NCBI GenBank assembly: GCA_964643955.1 | Contig: CAZXUO010000002.1 | Location: 44,691 to 108,690 of the forward strand | Reading direction: 5' to 3' | Length of the DNA: 64,000 nt | Source: an uncultured Candidatus Saccharibacteria bacterium | GTDB lineage: Bacteria; Patescibacteriota; Minisyncoccia; Phycocordibacterales; UBA918 | Shown here: piece after piece, positions 29,601 to 38,673 of the stretch | How positions within the stretch are numbered: position 1 is the first letter of the stretch | Layout: the number at the start of each line of letters is the position of its first letter | The notes under the pieces: generated by a model | The model's input: the letters and a program-made list of their open reading frames with translations, nothing else | Database searches by the model: none | Told to the model about the DNA's origin: nothing | Position numbers and translations under genes: made by a program

Positions 29601-30020
29601 ATGGGTGCGCCACTTACACTCGTACTTGCAAGTGGTCTCTTCGCTCTCGCGCTCGTTGGATTATTCCGACACGAACGCGCGCGCGGTACGCGATACGGAG
29701 TGCGTATGCGTACGGTACTCGATCGCGTCGTGACGCACATTCATACGCGCTTCGTCCAAAGTTCGATCAGAGTGAGTGGTCGCACGATGCGACAATCAGT
29801 TCATTTTATTTTCCACCAGATTCTTGCAGCACTCTTACGTATCGTGAGTAGCGTCGAGGATCGTATTCGCACGGTAATGCACCTCAACAAGAAGCGTGCA
29901 AATCGGCCCGAAAATGCCGCGAGCTCGCATCTTGCAATGATCAATGAGCACAAGCGCGCATCAAAGCTTTCGGAAGATGAGCAGCGCATGAAAAAAGATG
30001 CTGCCCTCCATGGGCGCTAG
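29601..30020 (+). CDS. Hypothetical small membrane protein
   Basis: ORF with an N-terminal TM helix. No recognisable motif. Confidence 0.3.
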   Translation: MGAPLTLVLASGLFALALVGLFRHERARGTRYGVRMRTVLDRVVTHIHTRFVQSSIRVSGRTMRQSVHFIFHQILAALLRIVSSVEDRIRTVMHLNKKRANRPENAASSHLAMINEHKRASKLSEDEQRMKKDAALHGR

Positions 30021-30056
30021 TGTGCTAAAGTAGAAAAGTTTGTTGTAGTAGAGGTC

Positions 30057-30237
30057 GTTGAAGTGTAGCGTGCCATCTTAGCTCAGTTGGTGGAGACAGA
30101 TGCGAAGCATTTGTCACATGTGATGCTATAAGGTAAGAATGTAGTTGAAGTGTAGCGTGCCATCTTAGCTCAGTTGGTGGAGGTGAATGAGTAGCATTCT
30201 CCGCTTATAATGCTCTGAGGTCAGTTGTTGAAAGTGT
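30057..30237 (+). repeat. Two tandem ~88-nt repeats, each carrying the leader plus the 5' half (acceptor and D arm) of tRNA-Thr but no anticodon or T arm (tRNA pseudo-copies)
   Basis: gttgaagtgtagcgtgccatcttagctcagttggtggag occurs at 30057 and 30145. The intact tRNA follows at 30238. No T-loop or 3' acceptor is present in copies 1 and 2. Confidence 0.6.
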
Positions 30238-30310
30238 GCCATCTTAGCTCAGTTGGTAGAGCAACGCACTTGTAATGCGTAGGTCGTCGGTTCGAATCCG
30301 ACAGATGGCT
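30238..30310 (+). tRNA. tRNA-Thr (anticodon TGT)
   Basis: Hand-folded cloverleaf: acceptor GCCATCT/AGATGGC, D arm GCTC-AGTTGGTA-GAGC, anticodon arm ACGCA-CTTGTAA-TGCGT, T arm GTCGG-TTCGAAT-CCGAC. Confidence 0.85.
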
Positions 30311-30315
30311 CCCGT

Positions 30316-31887
30316 ATGGATTCATCGAATAACCATACTCCAAGCCGATTGCCGTATTCATTACGGCCTGATTTTAAAGTAGGGCGCGCTGCCGAGCTCT
30401 CGGGACGTGACCGTGTTCTCTACCGCCTTCTCGAGATTGTTCCGGGAGCTTTTTCGTGGATCACACTCATTGGTGTGGTCATTATTTCTGTGTACTTTCC
30501 GGTATTTGCTGCGTACTTCATTATCGCGTTTTCGCTCTATTGGTTGCTCAAGACCATCTTTCTTTCAGTACACCTTCGTCACAATTGGCGACGACTTCGT
30601 CACAATCTTTCGGTTGATTGGGAGGGGCTTTTGAAACCGCTTCCATACGAGCATCTCTACCACATCGTGGTGCTTCCGTTTTATAAAGAGCCTGAGGAAG
30701 TAATCGAGGCGAGCATCAAGTCATTGCGTGATTGTGCATATCGAAACGATCGCATCATCGTGTTGCTCGCATCAGAAGCGCGCGCAGGAAAAGAAGCGCA
30801 AGAAATTGCAGAGCGCATGAAAAGTCGCTGGGGTTCGACGTTTGCGCACTTCCTCATCACCACACATCCTGCTGATACGGTCGGTGAGATGCCCGGTAAA
30901 GGTTCAAATGCAACGTGGGCTATTGAGCGCGCACGTATTGAAGTACTTGATGCGCACAAGATTTCATATGACGATGTCCTCGTCTCGATCTTCGATATCG
31001 ACACGGTCGTGTACCCGCAGTATTTTAATTGCCTCACGTACCATTTCCTCACCGCTGAGCATCCGTACAAGACTTCATTCCAACCCATTCCAATTTTCAA
31101 TAATAATGTGTGGAATGCGTCAGCAATCTCGCGCGTTGTCGCGATGTCGAGTACCTTCTGGGAAATGGTGCAACAGGAGCGTCCTGAGCGCATGGCAACA
31201 TTCTCGTCGCACTCAGTGAGCTTCCGCGCACTCTATGAGATCGGCTACTGGCAGACCAACATGGTGAGTGAAGACTCACGCATCTATTGGAATCTTTTTG
31301 TTGCCAACAACGGAAACTATCAAGTCGTTCCACTCTCGTACCCAGTGTCGATGGATGCAAACGCTGCACCAACGATCTGGCAGACCGTCCGCAACATCTA
31401 TCGTCAACACCGCCGTTGGACGTACGGCGTCGAGAACTTTGTCTACTTCACGTATCACTTCATTAAGAACAAACAGATTCCACTCGGCAAGCGTTTGCGT
31501 CTTGGCTTTGTGCAGGCAGAGGGGTATTGGTCGCTCGTGACAAACCCCATTATGCTTTTTGTACTCGGCTGGCTCCCGCTCTTTCTCGGTGGCCGCGCAT
31601 TCCATGAGACGATGCTCTCGTACAATCTTCCGATCATCGTGCGCAACCTTCTCATTCTTGCGATGTTCGGTCTCGTGGTCTCATCGATGATCTCGCTCAC
31701 GCTGTTGCCACCTCGCCCTGAGGGTCGCGGCCGCTTCATGTATGTCGTCCTCGCGCTTCAGTGGATTCTCGTGCCGGTCACCATGATTTTCTTTAGTGCG
31801 CTTCCGGGACTTGATGCACAGACGCGCCTCATGTTTGGTCGATACCTTGGCTTTTGGGTCACCCCGAAGACGCGCGCTGGGAAATAA
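30316..31887 (+). CDS. Membrane-embedded processive GT2 glycosyltransferase (cellulose/chitin/hyaluronan-synthase-like)
   Basis: DID motif and QHRRW (the QxxRW signature of processive beta-glycosyl synthases), with multiple TM helices on both flanks. Confidence 0.7.
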   Translation: MDSSNNHTPSRLPYSLRPDFKVGRAAELSGRDRVLYRLLEIVPGAFSWITLIGVVIISVYFPVFAAYFIIAFSLYWLLKTIFLSVHLRHNWRRLRHNLSVDWEGLLKPLPYEHLYHIVVLPFYKEPEEVIEASIKSLRDCAYRNDRIIVLLASEARAGKEAQEIAERMKSRWGSTFAHFLITTHPADTVGEMPGKGSNATWAIERARIEVLDAHKISYDDVLVSIFDIDTVVYPQYFNCLTYHFLTAEHPYKTSFQPIPIFNNNVWNASAISRVVAMSSTFWEMVQQERPERMATFSSHSVSFRALYEIGYWQTNMVSEDSRIYWNLFVANNGNYQVVPLSYPVSMDANAAPTIWQTVRNIYRQHRRWTYGVENFVYFTYHFIKNKQIPLGKRLRLGFVQAEGYWSLVTNPIMLFVLGWLPLFLGGRAFHETMLSYNLPIIVRNLLILAMFGLVVSSMISLTLLPPRPEGRGRFMYVVLALQWILVPVTMIFFSALPGLDAQTRLMFGRYLGFWVTPKTRAGK

Positions 31888-31914
31888 TCTGCGTGATAGT
31901 ATAGTTTTAATTCC

Positions 31915-32835
31915 ATGGCTCCCCAGACGACCATTCAACCGCTCTCACGAGGACGTCGCCGCTTTTATTCGACGGCGCTCATCACCGTGTTTGTCATTGC
32001 GGTTCCGCTTCTATTTCTCTACGCAACTGGCTATCGTTTTGAGGGACTTACGAATCTCGTAAAGACGGGTGGCATTTACGTGGGCGCCGAGCGCTCGGGG
32101 GCTGAGATATTTGTAAACGGAGAACTCGTGCATGAGACCGGTACGTTTCGCCGCGCGTTTTTCGTACAAGACCTTGAGCCGGGTATTTATACGATCCTCG
32201 TAAAAAAAGATGGATATCATCCGTGGGGCAAGACACTTCCGGTGTACGCTCACATTGTGACTGAAGCGCAAGCATTCAATATGCCGCTTGAGCCGCTCCT
32301 CTCACCGATTCCACAGTCGATGGTCAATACCTCTTCGACGAGCACGCGTCCGGTCGTAAACCCGCTCTACACCGATATCATGACGGCGTTTGCAACGACT
32401 ACGGTGATGGTTGCACTTGAAGAAGTGGTCGCTGCAGACACCACTGAAGAAGCGACGAGCACGGTTGCTGCGGTCGCAACAACGACGAAAGAATCTCAAG
32501 GCATGATTCTTCGCGAACACGGAGATGAGATTGTGGCGGAGTGGACGCGCGGTACCGCAAACATTCCTTTCTATTTCTGTGTGCCGGAGCGTGCGTGTGG
32601 CCGCGAGGTGACATTGAATACGCGCGGAGAGATGCCACTTTATTTTGATTTCTTTCCCGGTTCGACTGATCTTGCGATCGTTTCGCTTTCAGACGGCGTC
32701 TATGTGACTGAACTCGACAATCGCTCAGGACAAAATATCCAACCGCTCTTTGAGGGTGCAGGCGCTGATTTCCGCGTCGTCGGTGGCGCAGTGTACGTGA
32801 AGCTCGGTCGGTCACTCTACGAAGTAGCGCTTTAA
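31915..32835 (+). CDS. Membrane-anchored PEGA-domain protein
   Basis: N-terminal TM helix, then VNGELV..GIYTILVKKDGYHPW (PEGA-like). Confidence 0.45.
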   Translation: MAPQTTIQPLSRGRRRFYSTALITVFVIAVPLLFLYATGYRFEGLTNLVKTGGIYVGAERSGAEIFVNGELVHETGTFRRAFFVQDLEPGIYTILVKKDGYHPWGKTLPVYAHIVTEAQAFNMPLEPLLSPIPQSMVNTSSTSTRPVVNPLYTDIMTAFATTTVMVALEEVVAADTTEEATSTVAAVATTTKESQGMILREHGDEIVAEWTRGTANIPFYFCVPERACGREVTLNTRGEMPLYFDFFPGSTDLAIVSLSDGVYVTELDNRSGQNIQPLFEGAGADFRVVGGAVYVKLGRSLYEVAL

Positions 32836-32838
32836 TAT

Positions 32839-33549
32839 ATGAATCCAAAAGGTCACATTCATCCGATTTCACAAATGATCCGCGAGATCAATGCGATTTT
32901 TGCAGAGCTCGGTTTTTCTTTTTCTGAGGGTCCTGAAATGGAGCTCATCAAATACAACTTCGACATGCTGAATGTGCCGAAGGATCATCCGTCGCGCGAT
33001 ATGCAGGATACATTCTATGTATCAGGTAAGCCCGACGTCGTACTTCGTACCCACACGTCGCCGGTGCAGGTGCGCTACATGGAGTCGCATACGCCACCGA
33101 TCCGCATCATCGTCCCGGGAAAAGTATTTCGAAATGAAGCAACCGACGCGACACACGAAGCGCAATTTTTCCAGCTCGAAGGTCTTATGATTGATCGCGA
33201 AGTATCACTCGCACACCTCAAGGGCACCCTTGAATATTTCTTCTCTCGATTTTTCGGTGGGGAGGTTGAGGTGCGTTTTCGTCCAAGTTTCTTCCCGTTT
33301 GTTGAGCCGGGTGTTGAGGTCGATATGCGTATCGAGATGCCGGGCAACAAGCTCTCAGGTCGATGGATCGAGATTATGGGCGCCGGCATGGTGCATCCCA
33401 ATGTACTCCGCGATGCCGGTATCGATCCCGATGTGTACCAAGGTTTTGCATTCGGCATGGGGATCGATCGTCTCGCGGTCCTCAAATACGGTATCGATGA
33501 TATCCGCTCGATGTACAACGGCGACCTCCGTTTCGTAAATCAATTTTAG
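32839..33549 (+). CDS. pheS: Phenylalanine--tRNA ligase alpha subunit (short catalytic form)
   Basis: HPSRDMQDTFY..LRTHTSPVQ..FRPSFFPFVEPG class II aaRS motifs. Confidence 0.9.
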   Translation: MNPKGHIHPISQMIREINAIFAELGFSFSEGPEMELIKYNFDMLNVPKDHPSRDMQDTFYVSGKPDVVLRTHTSPVQVRYMESHTPPIRIIVPGKVFRNEATDATHEAQFFQLEGLMIDREVSLAHLKGTLEYFFSRFFGGEVEVRFRPSFFPFVEPGVEVDMRIEMPGNKLSGRWIEIMGAGMVHPNVLRDAGIDPDVYQGFAFGMGIDRLAVLKYGIDDIRSMYNGDLRFVNQF

Positions 33550-33550
33550 T

Positions 33551-35479
33551 ATGAAAGTATCACGCGATTGGCTTCAGACATTTTTCGATACACCGCTGCC
33601 GGATGCAGAGGTGCTTTCAGAGAAACTCACCTTTCATTCTTCTGAGATAGAAGAAGTACTTGATGCGGGTGATGACAAAGTGCTCGACGTAAAAGTACTA
33701 CCAGATAAATCTGCATGGATGCTCTCGCACCGCGGCGTCGCGCGTGAGCTTGCGACGATTCTTGATATTCCACTTGCTCATGATCCATTGCGTATCAGCG
33801 CAGATACGTTCTCCGCGAGAGATGAACAAAGACTCTCTCCAACCGTATCTGCGCTTCGTATCACGCTCGATACTGAAAAGTGCGTGCGTTATTCTGCTGC
33901 GGTTATCCGTGGCGTAAAAATTGGCCCGTCACCTGAGTGGCTCGCGAAGCGTCTCTCAGCAATCGGTCAGCGTTCGATCAACAACGTCGTTGATGCAACG
34001 AACTATGTGATGTTCCATCTCGGGCAACCACTTCACGCATTCGATGCAGGGAAGATTGCTGGTCGCGATGGCGTACACGAGATTGGTGTACGTATGGCAA
34101 CGGCGGGTGAAAAGATAACGACGCTCACGGGTGACGAGCGCGCACTCACTCCAGAGGATATGGTGATTATTGATCGGACGACCGATACGCCGATTGGTAT
34201 TGCGGGCGTAAAGGGCGGGAAGCATGCAGAAGTGGATGCACATACGACCGATCTCATCATCGAATCTGCAAATTTCGACCGAGTCTTTGTGCGCAAGACA
34301 GCGCAGCGCCACAAGCTCCGCACCGATGCATCGGCGCGCTATGAAAATGGCGTGGTACCCGAGCTCACAAGCTACGGCCTTGTCGAAGTCGCGCGTCTCA
34401 TCACTGAGATTGCGGGAGGGACGATCGAGGGATATGTCGATGTCTATCCGCAACCACAAACACCTACTCCCGTGTCGGTATCACTCGAGAAGATAAACAG
34501 CGTGCTTGGCCTCACACTTACTGAAGATGATGTGAAAGACGTCTTCCGTCGCTTTGGATACGATACCGTCTTTACTGACGGTGTCATCACGGTGACGCCA
34601 CCGTTTGAACGTGATGATCTCGTTATCCCTGAAGATTTGATCGAAGAAGTCGGCCGTATCTACGGGCTCTCGCACGTGCCGTCGGTTGCGCCAGAAGTAG
34701 CGCCGCTTGCTGAATACAACAAACAGTTCATCTATGCAGAGCAGGTACGTGCGACGCTCGTTGATCTCGGATTTTCAGAAGTATTCACGAGTTCATTTCG
34801 TGAGCATGATGCGGTAAAGCTTGAAAATGCACTTGCGTCCGATAAGGGATATTTGCGCAGCAATCTTCGTGACAACCTCGCGGATGCACTCGCACGCAAT
34901 GTGCAGCACAAAGATTTGCTTGGACTCTCGCGTATCACAATTTTTGAAATTGGAACGGTGTTTGATACTGATGGCGAGCACATGTCGCTTGCGTTCGGCG
35001 TGCGCACCGATGCGGCGTATAGCGCGAAAAAAGACGATGCGCATATACAATCGGCGATTGCGGCCGTTGCTTCGATCGTCGGTGCAGAGCGATTTGATAG
35101 TAAGGACGGTATTGCAGAGGTTGATTTCACCGCCGCAATCGCCGATCTTCCGGTGCCGACGTCGTACATGTCATTTGAGCGGGGAAGTGACATAACCTAC
35201 AAACCATTTTCGACCTACCCATCGATTGCGCGCGATATCGCGCTCTGGGTGCCCGAAAGTACGACAGTACAAGATGTTGAAAATGTATTAAAAGAGAAAG
35301 CAGGAGAGCTCTGCGTACGTATTACGTTGTTTGATGAATACAAAAAGGACGGACGCATTTCGTATGCATTCCGTCTTGTCTTCCAGTCGTACGAAAAAAC
35401 GCTCACTGACCGGGAGACGAATGAAGTCATGGACCTCATTGTCTCCGCAGTCAGTAAGCGTGGTTGGGAGGTGCGCTAG
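33551..35479 (+). CDS. pheT: Phenylalanine--tRNA ligase beta subunit (short form)
   Basis: Immediately follows pheS, with B3/B4 and FDX-ACB-like segments. Confidence 0.85.
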   Translation: MKVSRDWLQTFFDTPLPDAEVLSEKLTFHSSEIEEVLDAGDDKVLDVKVLPDKSAWMLSHRGVARELATILDIPLAHDPLRISADTFSARDEQRLSPTVSALRITLDTEKCVRYSAAVIRGVKIGPSPEWLAKRLSAIGQRSINNVVDATNYVMFHLGQPLHAFDAGKIAGRDGVHEIGVRMATAGEKITTLTGDERALTPEDMVIIDRTTDTPIGIAGVKGGKHAEVDAHTTDLIIESANFDRVFVRKTAQRHKLRTDASARYENGVVPELTSYGLVEVARLITEIAGGTIEGYVDVYPQPQTPTPVSVSLEKINSVLGLTLTEDDVKDVFRRFGYDTVFTDGVITVTPPFERDDLVIPEDLIEEVGRIYGLSHVPSVAPEVAPLAEYNKQFIYAEQVRATLVDLGFSEVFTSSFREHDAVKLENALASDKGYLRSNLRDNLADALARNVQHKDLLGLSRITIFEIGTVFDTDGEHMSLAFGVRTDAAYSAKKDDAHIQSAIAAVASIVGAERFDSKDGIAEVDFTAAIADLPVPTSYMSFERGSDITYKPFSTYPSIARDIALWVPESTTVQDVENVLKEKAGELCVRITLFDEYKKDGRISYAFRLVFQSYEKTLTDRETNEVMDLIVSAVSKRGWEVR

Positions 35480-35515
35480 GAGCGCACCTCCCGATGCGGA
35501 AGCGTCGGAAGCTTG

Positions 35516-35659
35516 CTAGCTCCGGCGCTTCGAGCTCGAGGCGGCCGGCTTGCCGGTGCCGCGCACGGGCTTGCCGCGGGCGGGCGCGTCACAGCCGGGC
35601 GTGAAGCTCCGGCGCTCGGCCTGCTGGGCGCGCTTGTACATGCGGCGGTTCTGCTTCTT
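35516..35659 (-). CDS. Small, very basic 48-aa protein in a ~70% GC patch; unknown function
   Basis: GGGAGG RBS 6 nt upstream. A consensus promoter lies upstream on the minus strand. MKKQNRRMYKRAQQAERR..GKPAASSSKRRS. Confidence 0.3.
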   Translation of the reverse strand, partial: KKQNRRMYKRAQQAERRSFTPGCDAPARGKPVRGTGKPAASSSKRRS

Positions 35660-35711
35660 CATCCTCAGCCTCCCTGAAGAGCTGGTGTCCCCTCCGGACA
35701 CCTACCCTAGT

Positions 35712-35739
35712 ATTATAGCATATCCATAAATAAAGTCAA
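35712..35739 (-). promoter_or_regulatory. Near-consensus sigma70 promoter (TTGACT-N16-TGcTATAAT) on the minus strand, driving the small basic ORF
   Basis: The reverse complement reads cttgactttatttatggatatgctataat. Confidence 0.5.
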
Positions 35740-35824
35740 GTAATCGACGTGCCAATAAAGGCGCTTTTTTCTCTACAAAACCTTTCGGTTTCGCCTCAAA
35801 ATCTGCTATACTACACAGGTATTT

Positions 35825-37906
35825 ATGGCGGGAAAATCAGATTCAAAGGAGCCTAAAAAGAGCTCATACAGCGCCTCAGCCATCACCGTCCTCGAAGGAC
35901 TCGATCCTGTACGCAAGCGTCCGGGTATGTACATCGGTACCACTGGTCCCGATGGTCTCCATCACCTTATTTGGGAAGTCTTCGACAACTCACGCGACGA
36001 AGCGATGGGTGGTTTTGCAAATCGTGTTGAAGTAGTACTGCTTCCGGGCAATCGTATTCGTGTTGCGGACAACGGCCGTGGTATTCCGGTCGACATGCAC
36101 AAGCAGACGAAAGTTTCTGCGCTCGAGACCATCATGACGACGCTCCATGCCGGAGGAAAGTTTGGTGGCGAAGGATATAAAGTGTCGGGCGGTCTCCACG
36201 GAGTGGGTGTGTCGGTAGTAAACGCACTTTCTACGTATGTACGTGCAGACGTGTATCGCGATGGCGGCCACTTTGTGCAGGAGTACAACATCGGCAAGCC
36301 AAAAGCAAAAGTGAAGCAGGTAGGAAAGTCTGATGCAAACGGCACCATCATCACCTTTGAGCCGGACATCACCATTTTTAAAGAGATTTCTTTTGAATGG
36401 AACCGTATCGTTTCACACCTTCGTCAGCAGGCGTATCTCGTAAAGGGTATGCACCTCTCGGTGATCGATGCGCGGGAGTATCAGGGCTCGCTCGATCTTG
36501 ATGATGTCTTTTATTTTGCAGACGAGGGTATTGAAGCACCGTCACAGACCTTTTATTTCCAAGGCGGTCTCCGTTCATTGGTTGCATTTCATAATCAGTA
36601 CCAAGATCCGATCCATCGTCACATTTTTTACGTTGAAAAGAATGACTACGATGCGTCCGTCCTCTCGGTTGAGGTCGCGCTCCAGTACGTCGACGATATT
36701 TCTTCGCGCATCACTGCGTTTGCAAACAACATCTATAACCCCGAGCACGGTACGCACGTGACTGGCTTTAAGACTGCACTCACGCGTACACTCAACTCAT
36801 ACGCGCGCAAGAACAATCTGATCAAAGAGAAAGAAGAATCATTCACCGGTGAAGACGTGCTCGAAGGCATCACGGCGGTGATTTCAGTAAAGATGCCGGA
36901 GATTCAGTTTGAAGGACAGACCAAAGCGAAGCTCGGATCAGTGGAAGCGCGCGGCGCAACAGAAACCGTATTCGGCGATGCATTCTCAATGTTCCTGGAG
37001 GAAAATCCTGATGATGCAAAATCCATCATCAATAAAGTGGCGCTTGCCGTGAAAGCGCGCAAAGCTGCGAAAGCCGCAAAAGACAGCGTGCTCCGCAAAG
37101 GTGCGCTCGACGGCATGACGCTTCCAGGAAAGCTTGCTGACTGTCAGACAAAGAGCGCGGAAGAATCAGAAATCTTTATTGTAGAGGGAGACTCTGCGGG
37201 TGGTTCTGCAAAGATGGGGCGTGATCGTCGCACACAGGCGATTCTTCCGCTTCGCGGCAAGATTCTCAATGTTGAGCGTGCGCGCATCGACAAGATGCTT
37301 GAGTCTGAGCAGATTAAAAATCTTGTGGTTGCAATGGGTGCCGGTATTGGCGACATGTTTGATTTGGGGAAGACGCGTTATCACAAGATCATCATTGCAA
37401 CCGATGCTGACGTCGACGGTGCGCACATCCGCACGCTCTTGCTCACGCTCTTCTATCGATATTTCCGTCCGGTGATCGAAGCTGGCTATCTTTATATCGC
37501 GCAGCCACCGCTCTACAAGATCCAGAAAGGGAAGGAGGTATTTTATGCATACAACGACGCTGAGAAAGTAAAGATTGTGGGTGTGACTGAGGATGTAGAG
37601 CTTCCTGCTGCGGGCGAAGAGCTTCCTCCTGAAGAAGAGCCCGTTGAAGGTGAGGAAGTAGATGAAGAAGTCGCGACAAAACGAAGCTCAAAAGCGCGCA
37701 TCCAGCGATACAAGGGTCTTGGTGAGATGAACGCAGAAGAGCTCTGGGAGACAACGATGAATCCCGCAAACCGTGTCTTGAAGCGCGTGGGTGTGGAGGA
37801 TGCGCAAGATGCTGATAAGGTCTTCGATATTCTCATGGGTACCGACGTGGGTAGTCGTAAGTCATTCATCCAGTCAAACGCCCACATGGCGAATTTGGAT
37901 ATTTAG
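35825..37906 (+). CDS. gyrB: DNA gyrase subunit B (type IIA topoisomerase ATPase subunit)
   Basis: GHKL ATPase motifs, TOPRIM EGDSAGGSAK, and a C-terminal YKGLGEM tail. gyrA is not adjacent. Confidence 0.8.
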   Translation: MAGKSDSKEPKKSSYSASAITVLEGLDPVRKRPGMYIGTTGPDGLHHLIWEVFDNSRDEAMGGFANRVEVVLLPGNRIRVADNGRGIPVDMHKQTKVSALETIMTTLHAGGKFGGEGYKVSGGLHGVGVSVVNALSTYVRADVYRDGGHFVQEYNIGKPKAKVKQVGKSDANGTIITFEPDITIFKEISFEWNRIVSHLRQQAYLVKGMHLSVIDAREYQGSLDLDDVFYFADEGIEAPSQTFYFQGGLRSLVAFHNQYQDPIHRHIFYVEKNDYDASVLSVEVALQYVDDISSRITAFANNIYNPEHGTHVTGFKTALTRTLNSYARKNNLIKEKEESFTGEDVLEGITAVISVKMPEIQFEGQTKAKLGSVEARGATETVFGDAFSMFLEENPDDAKSIINKVALAVKARKAAKAAKDSVLRKGALDGMTLPGKLADCQTKSAEESEIFIVEGDSAGGSAKMGRDRRTQAILPLRGKILNVERARIDKMLESEQIKNLVVAMGAGIGDMFDLGKTRYHKIIIATDADVDGAHIRTLLLTLFYRYFRPVIEAGYLYIAQPPLYKIQKGKEVFYAYNDAEKVKIVGVTEDVELPAAGEELPPEEEPVEGEEVDEEVATKRSSKARIQRYKGLGEMNAEELWETTMNPANRVLKRVGVEDAQDADKVFDILMGTDVGSRKSFIQSNAHMANLDI

Positions 37907-38010
37907 TTTGCCTCATAAAAATCACATGAGACAAGAGTATATTTTTTATTATAGATAATTTGAATTATCGTAGTTACGCGTTACTATGTAGTTTATAAAG
38001 GATATTTGTT

Positions 38011-38283
38011 ATGTCTATTAAGAAAATTTCAGAGTCCCCAAGCGAAGGTAAGGTCACTATTGAGATTGATAATGGTCACCTTGAAGCTCTAAAAAAGATC
38101 ACTGAAGACTATCGCATAAAAGATATAGAACGAACCCTCGGTTTTATTCTAGCCGTTGCTTCAAAAGGCGAGGGTGAACCTATTAAAATTGGTTCGGATA
38201 CGTATGTTCCAGGTAAAGCTATCCGAAGAGAGGCTGAGACTGATGAGGATGTGGAGACCTCAGCGGAAGTTGATATTCAATAA
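38011..38283 (+). CDS. Hypothetical acidic 90-aa protein in an AT-rich islet
   Basis: RBS AAAGGAT. Local GC is about 35%. Confidence 0.4.
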   Translation: MSIKKISESPSEGKVTIEIDNGHLEALKKITEDYRIKDIERTLGFILAVASKGEGEPIKIGSDTYVPGKAIRREAETDEDVETSAEVDIQ

Positions 38284-38289
38284 GCGGTT

Positions 38290-38604
38290 ATGGTTACAAA
38301 AAAGAATGACTTTGATCAGGAGCAGTATGTGCAGAAAGTAGACTCTGCTCATACAAAGCTTCAATCAATCGAAGGGCGATTGAAGAGGATAGAATTACTA
38401 AGCGATGGATCAATAATTTACAGAGCATTCAAGAAAGACAGTGAACTTCGAGATGAGATGGAAAAATTAATCTGGAGGACTATTGTAGGCAAGGCGTTTG
38501 TCGGTTTTTTGTGGATTCTTGGCGGCGTGATTGTTATTCCCTTGGCTGCAAAGATTGTTTCAGTCATCGCTCTCCGTATGTTTGGGGTCGATCTATTTTG
38601 GTAA
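38290..38604 (+). CDS. Hypothetical 104-aa protein with C-terminal double TM segment (holin/immunity-like topology)
   Basis: A coiled N-terminal half, then IVGKAFVGFLWILGGVIVIPLAAKIVSVIAL. Confidence 0.4.
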   Translation: MVTKKNDFDQEQYVQKVDSAHTKLQSIEGRLKRIELLSDGSIIYRAFKKDSELRDEMEKLIWRTIVGKAFVGFLWILGGVIVIPLAAKIVSVIALRMFGVDLFW

Positions 38605-38625
38605 CATTCGGGTAGTAGTGGAAAT

Positions 38626-38658
38626 TAAAAACAGCCGCCCGAAGGGCGGCTGTTTTTA
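38626..38658. terminator. Strong bidirectional intrinsic terminator
   Basis: aaaaacagccgcccgaagggcggctgttttt. Confidence 0.85.
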
Positions 38659-38673
38659 TTTGTGTCAGTGAGA

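Noticed and set aside
30057-30237. Possibility that the two upstream tRNA-like blocks are additional functional tRNAs (for example intron-containing)
   Set aside because: Hand folding finds no anticodon stem-loop of canonical size, no GTTC-like T arm and no complementary 3' acceptor strand in copies 1 and 2. They are treated as truncated pseudo-copies.
35465-35490. Hairpin gggaggtgcgc-tag-gagcgcacctccc spanning the pheT stop codon as a terminator
   Set aside because: No T-tract follows. It may be a stability element or the edge of the GC-rich patch rather than an intrinsic terminator.
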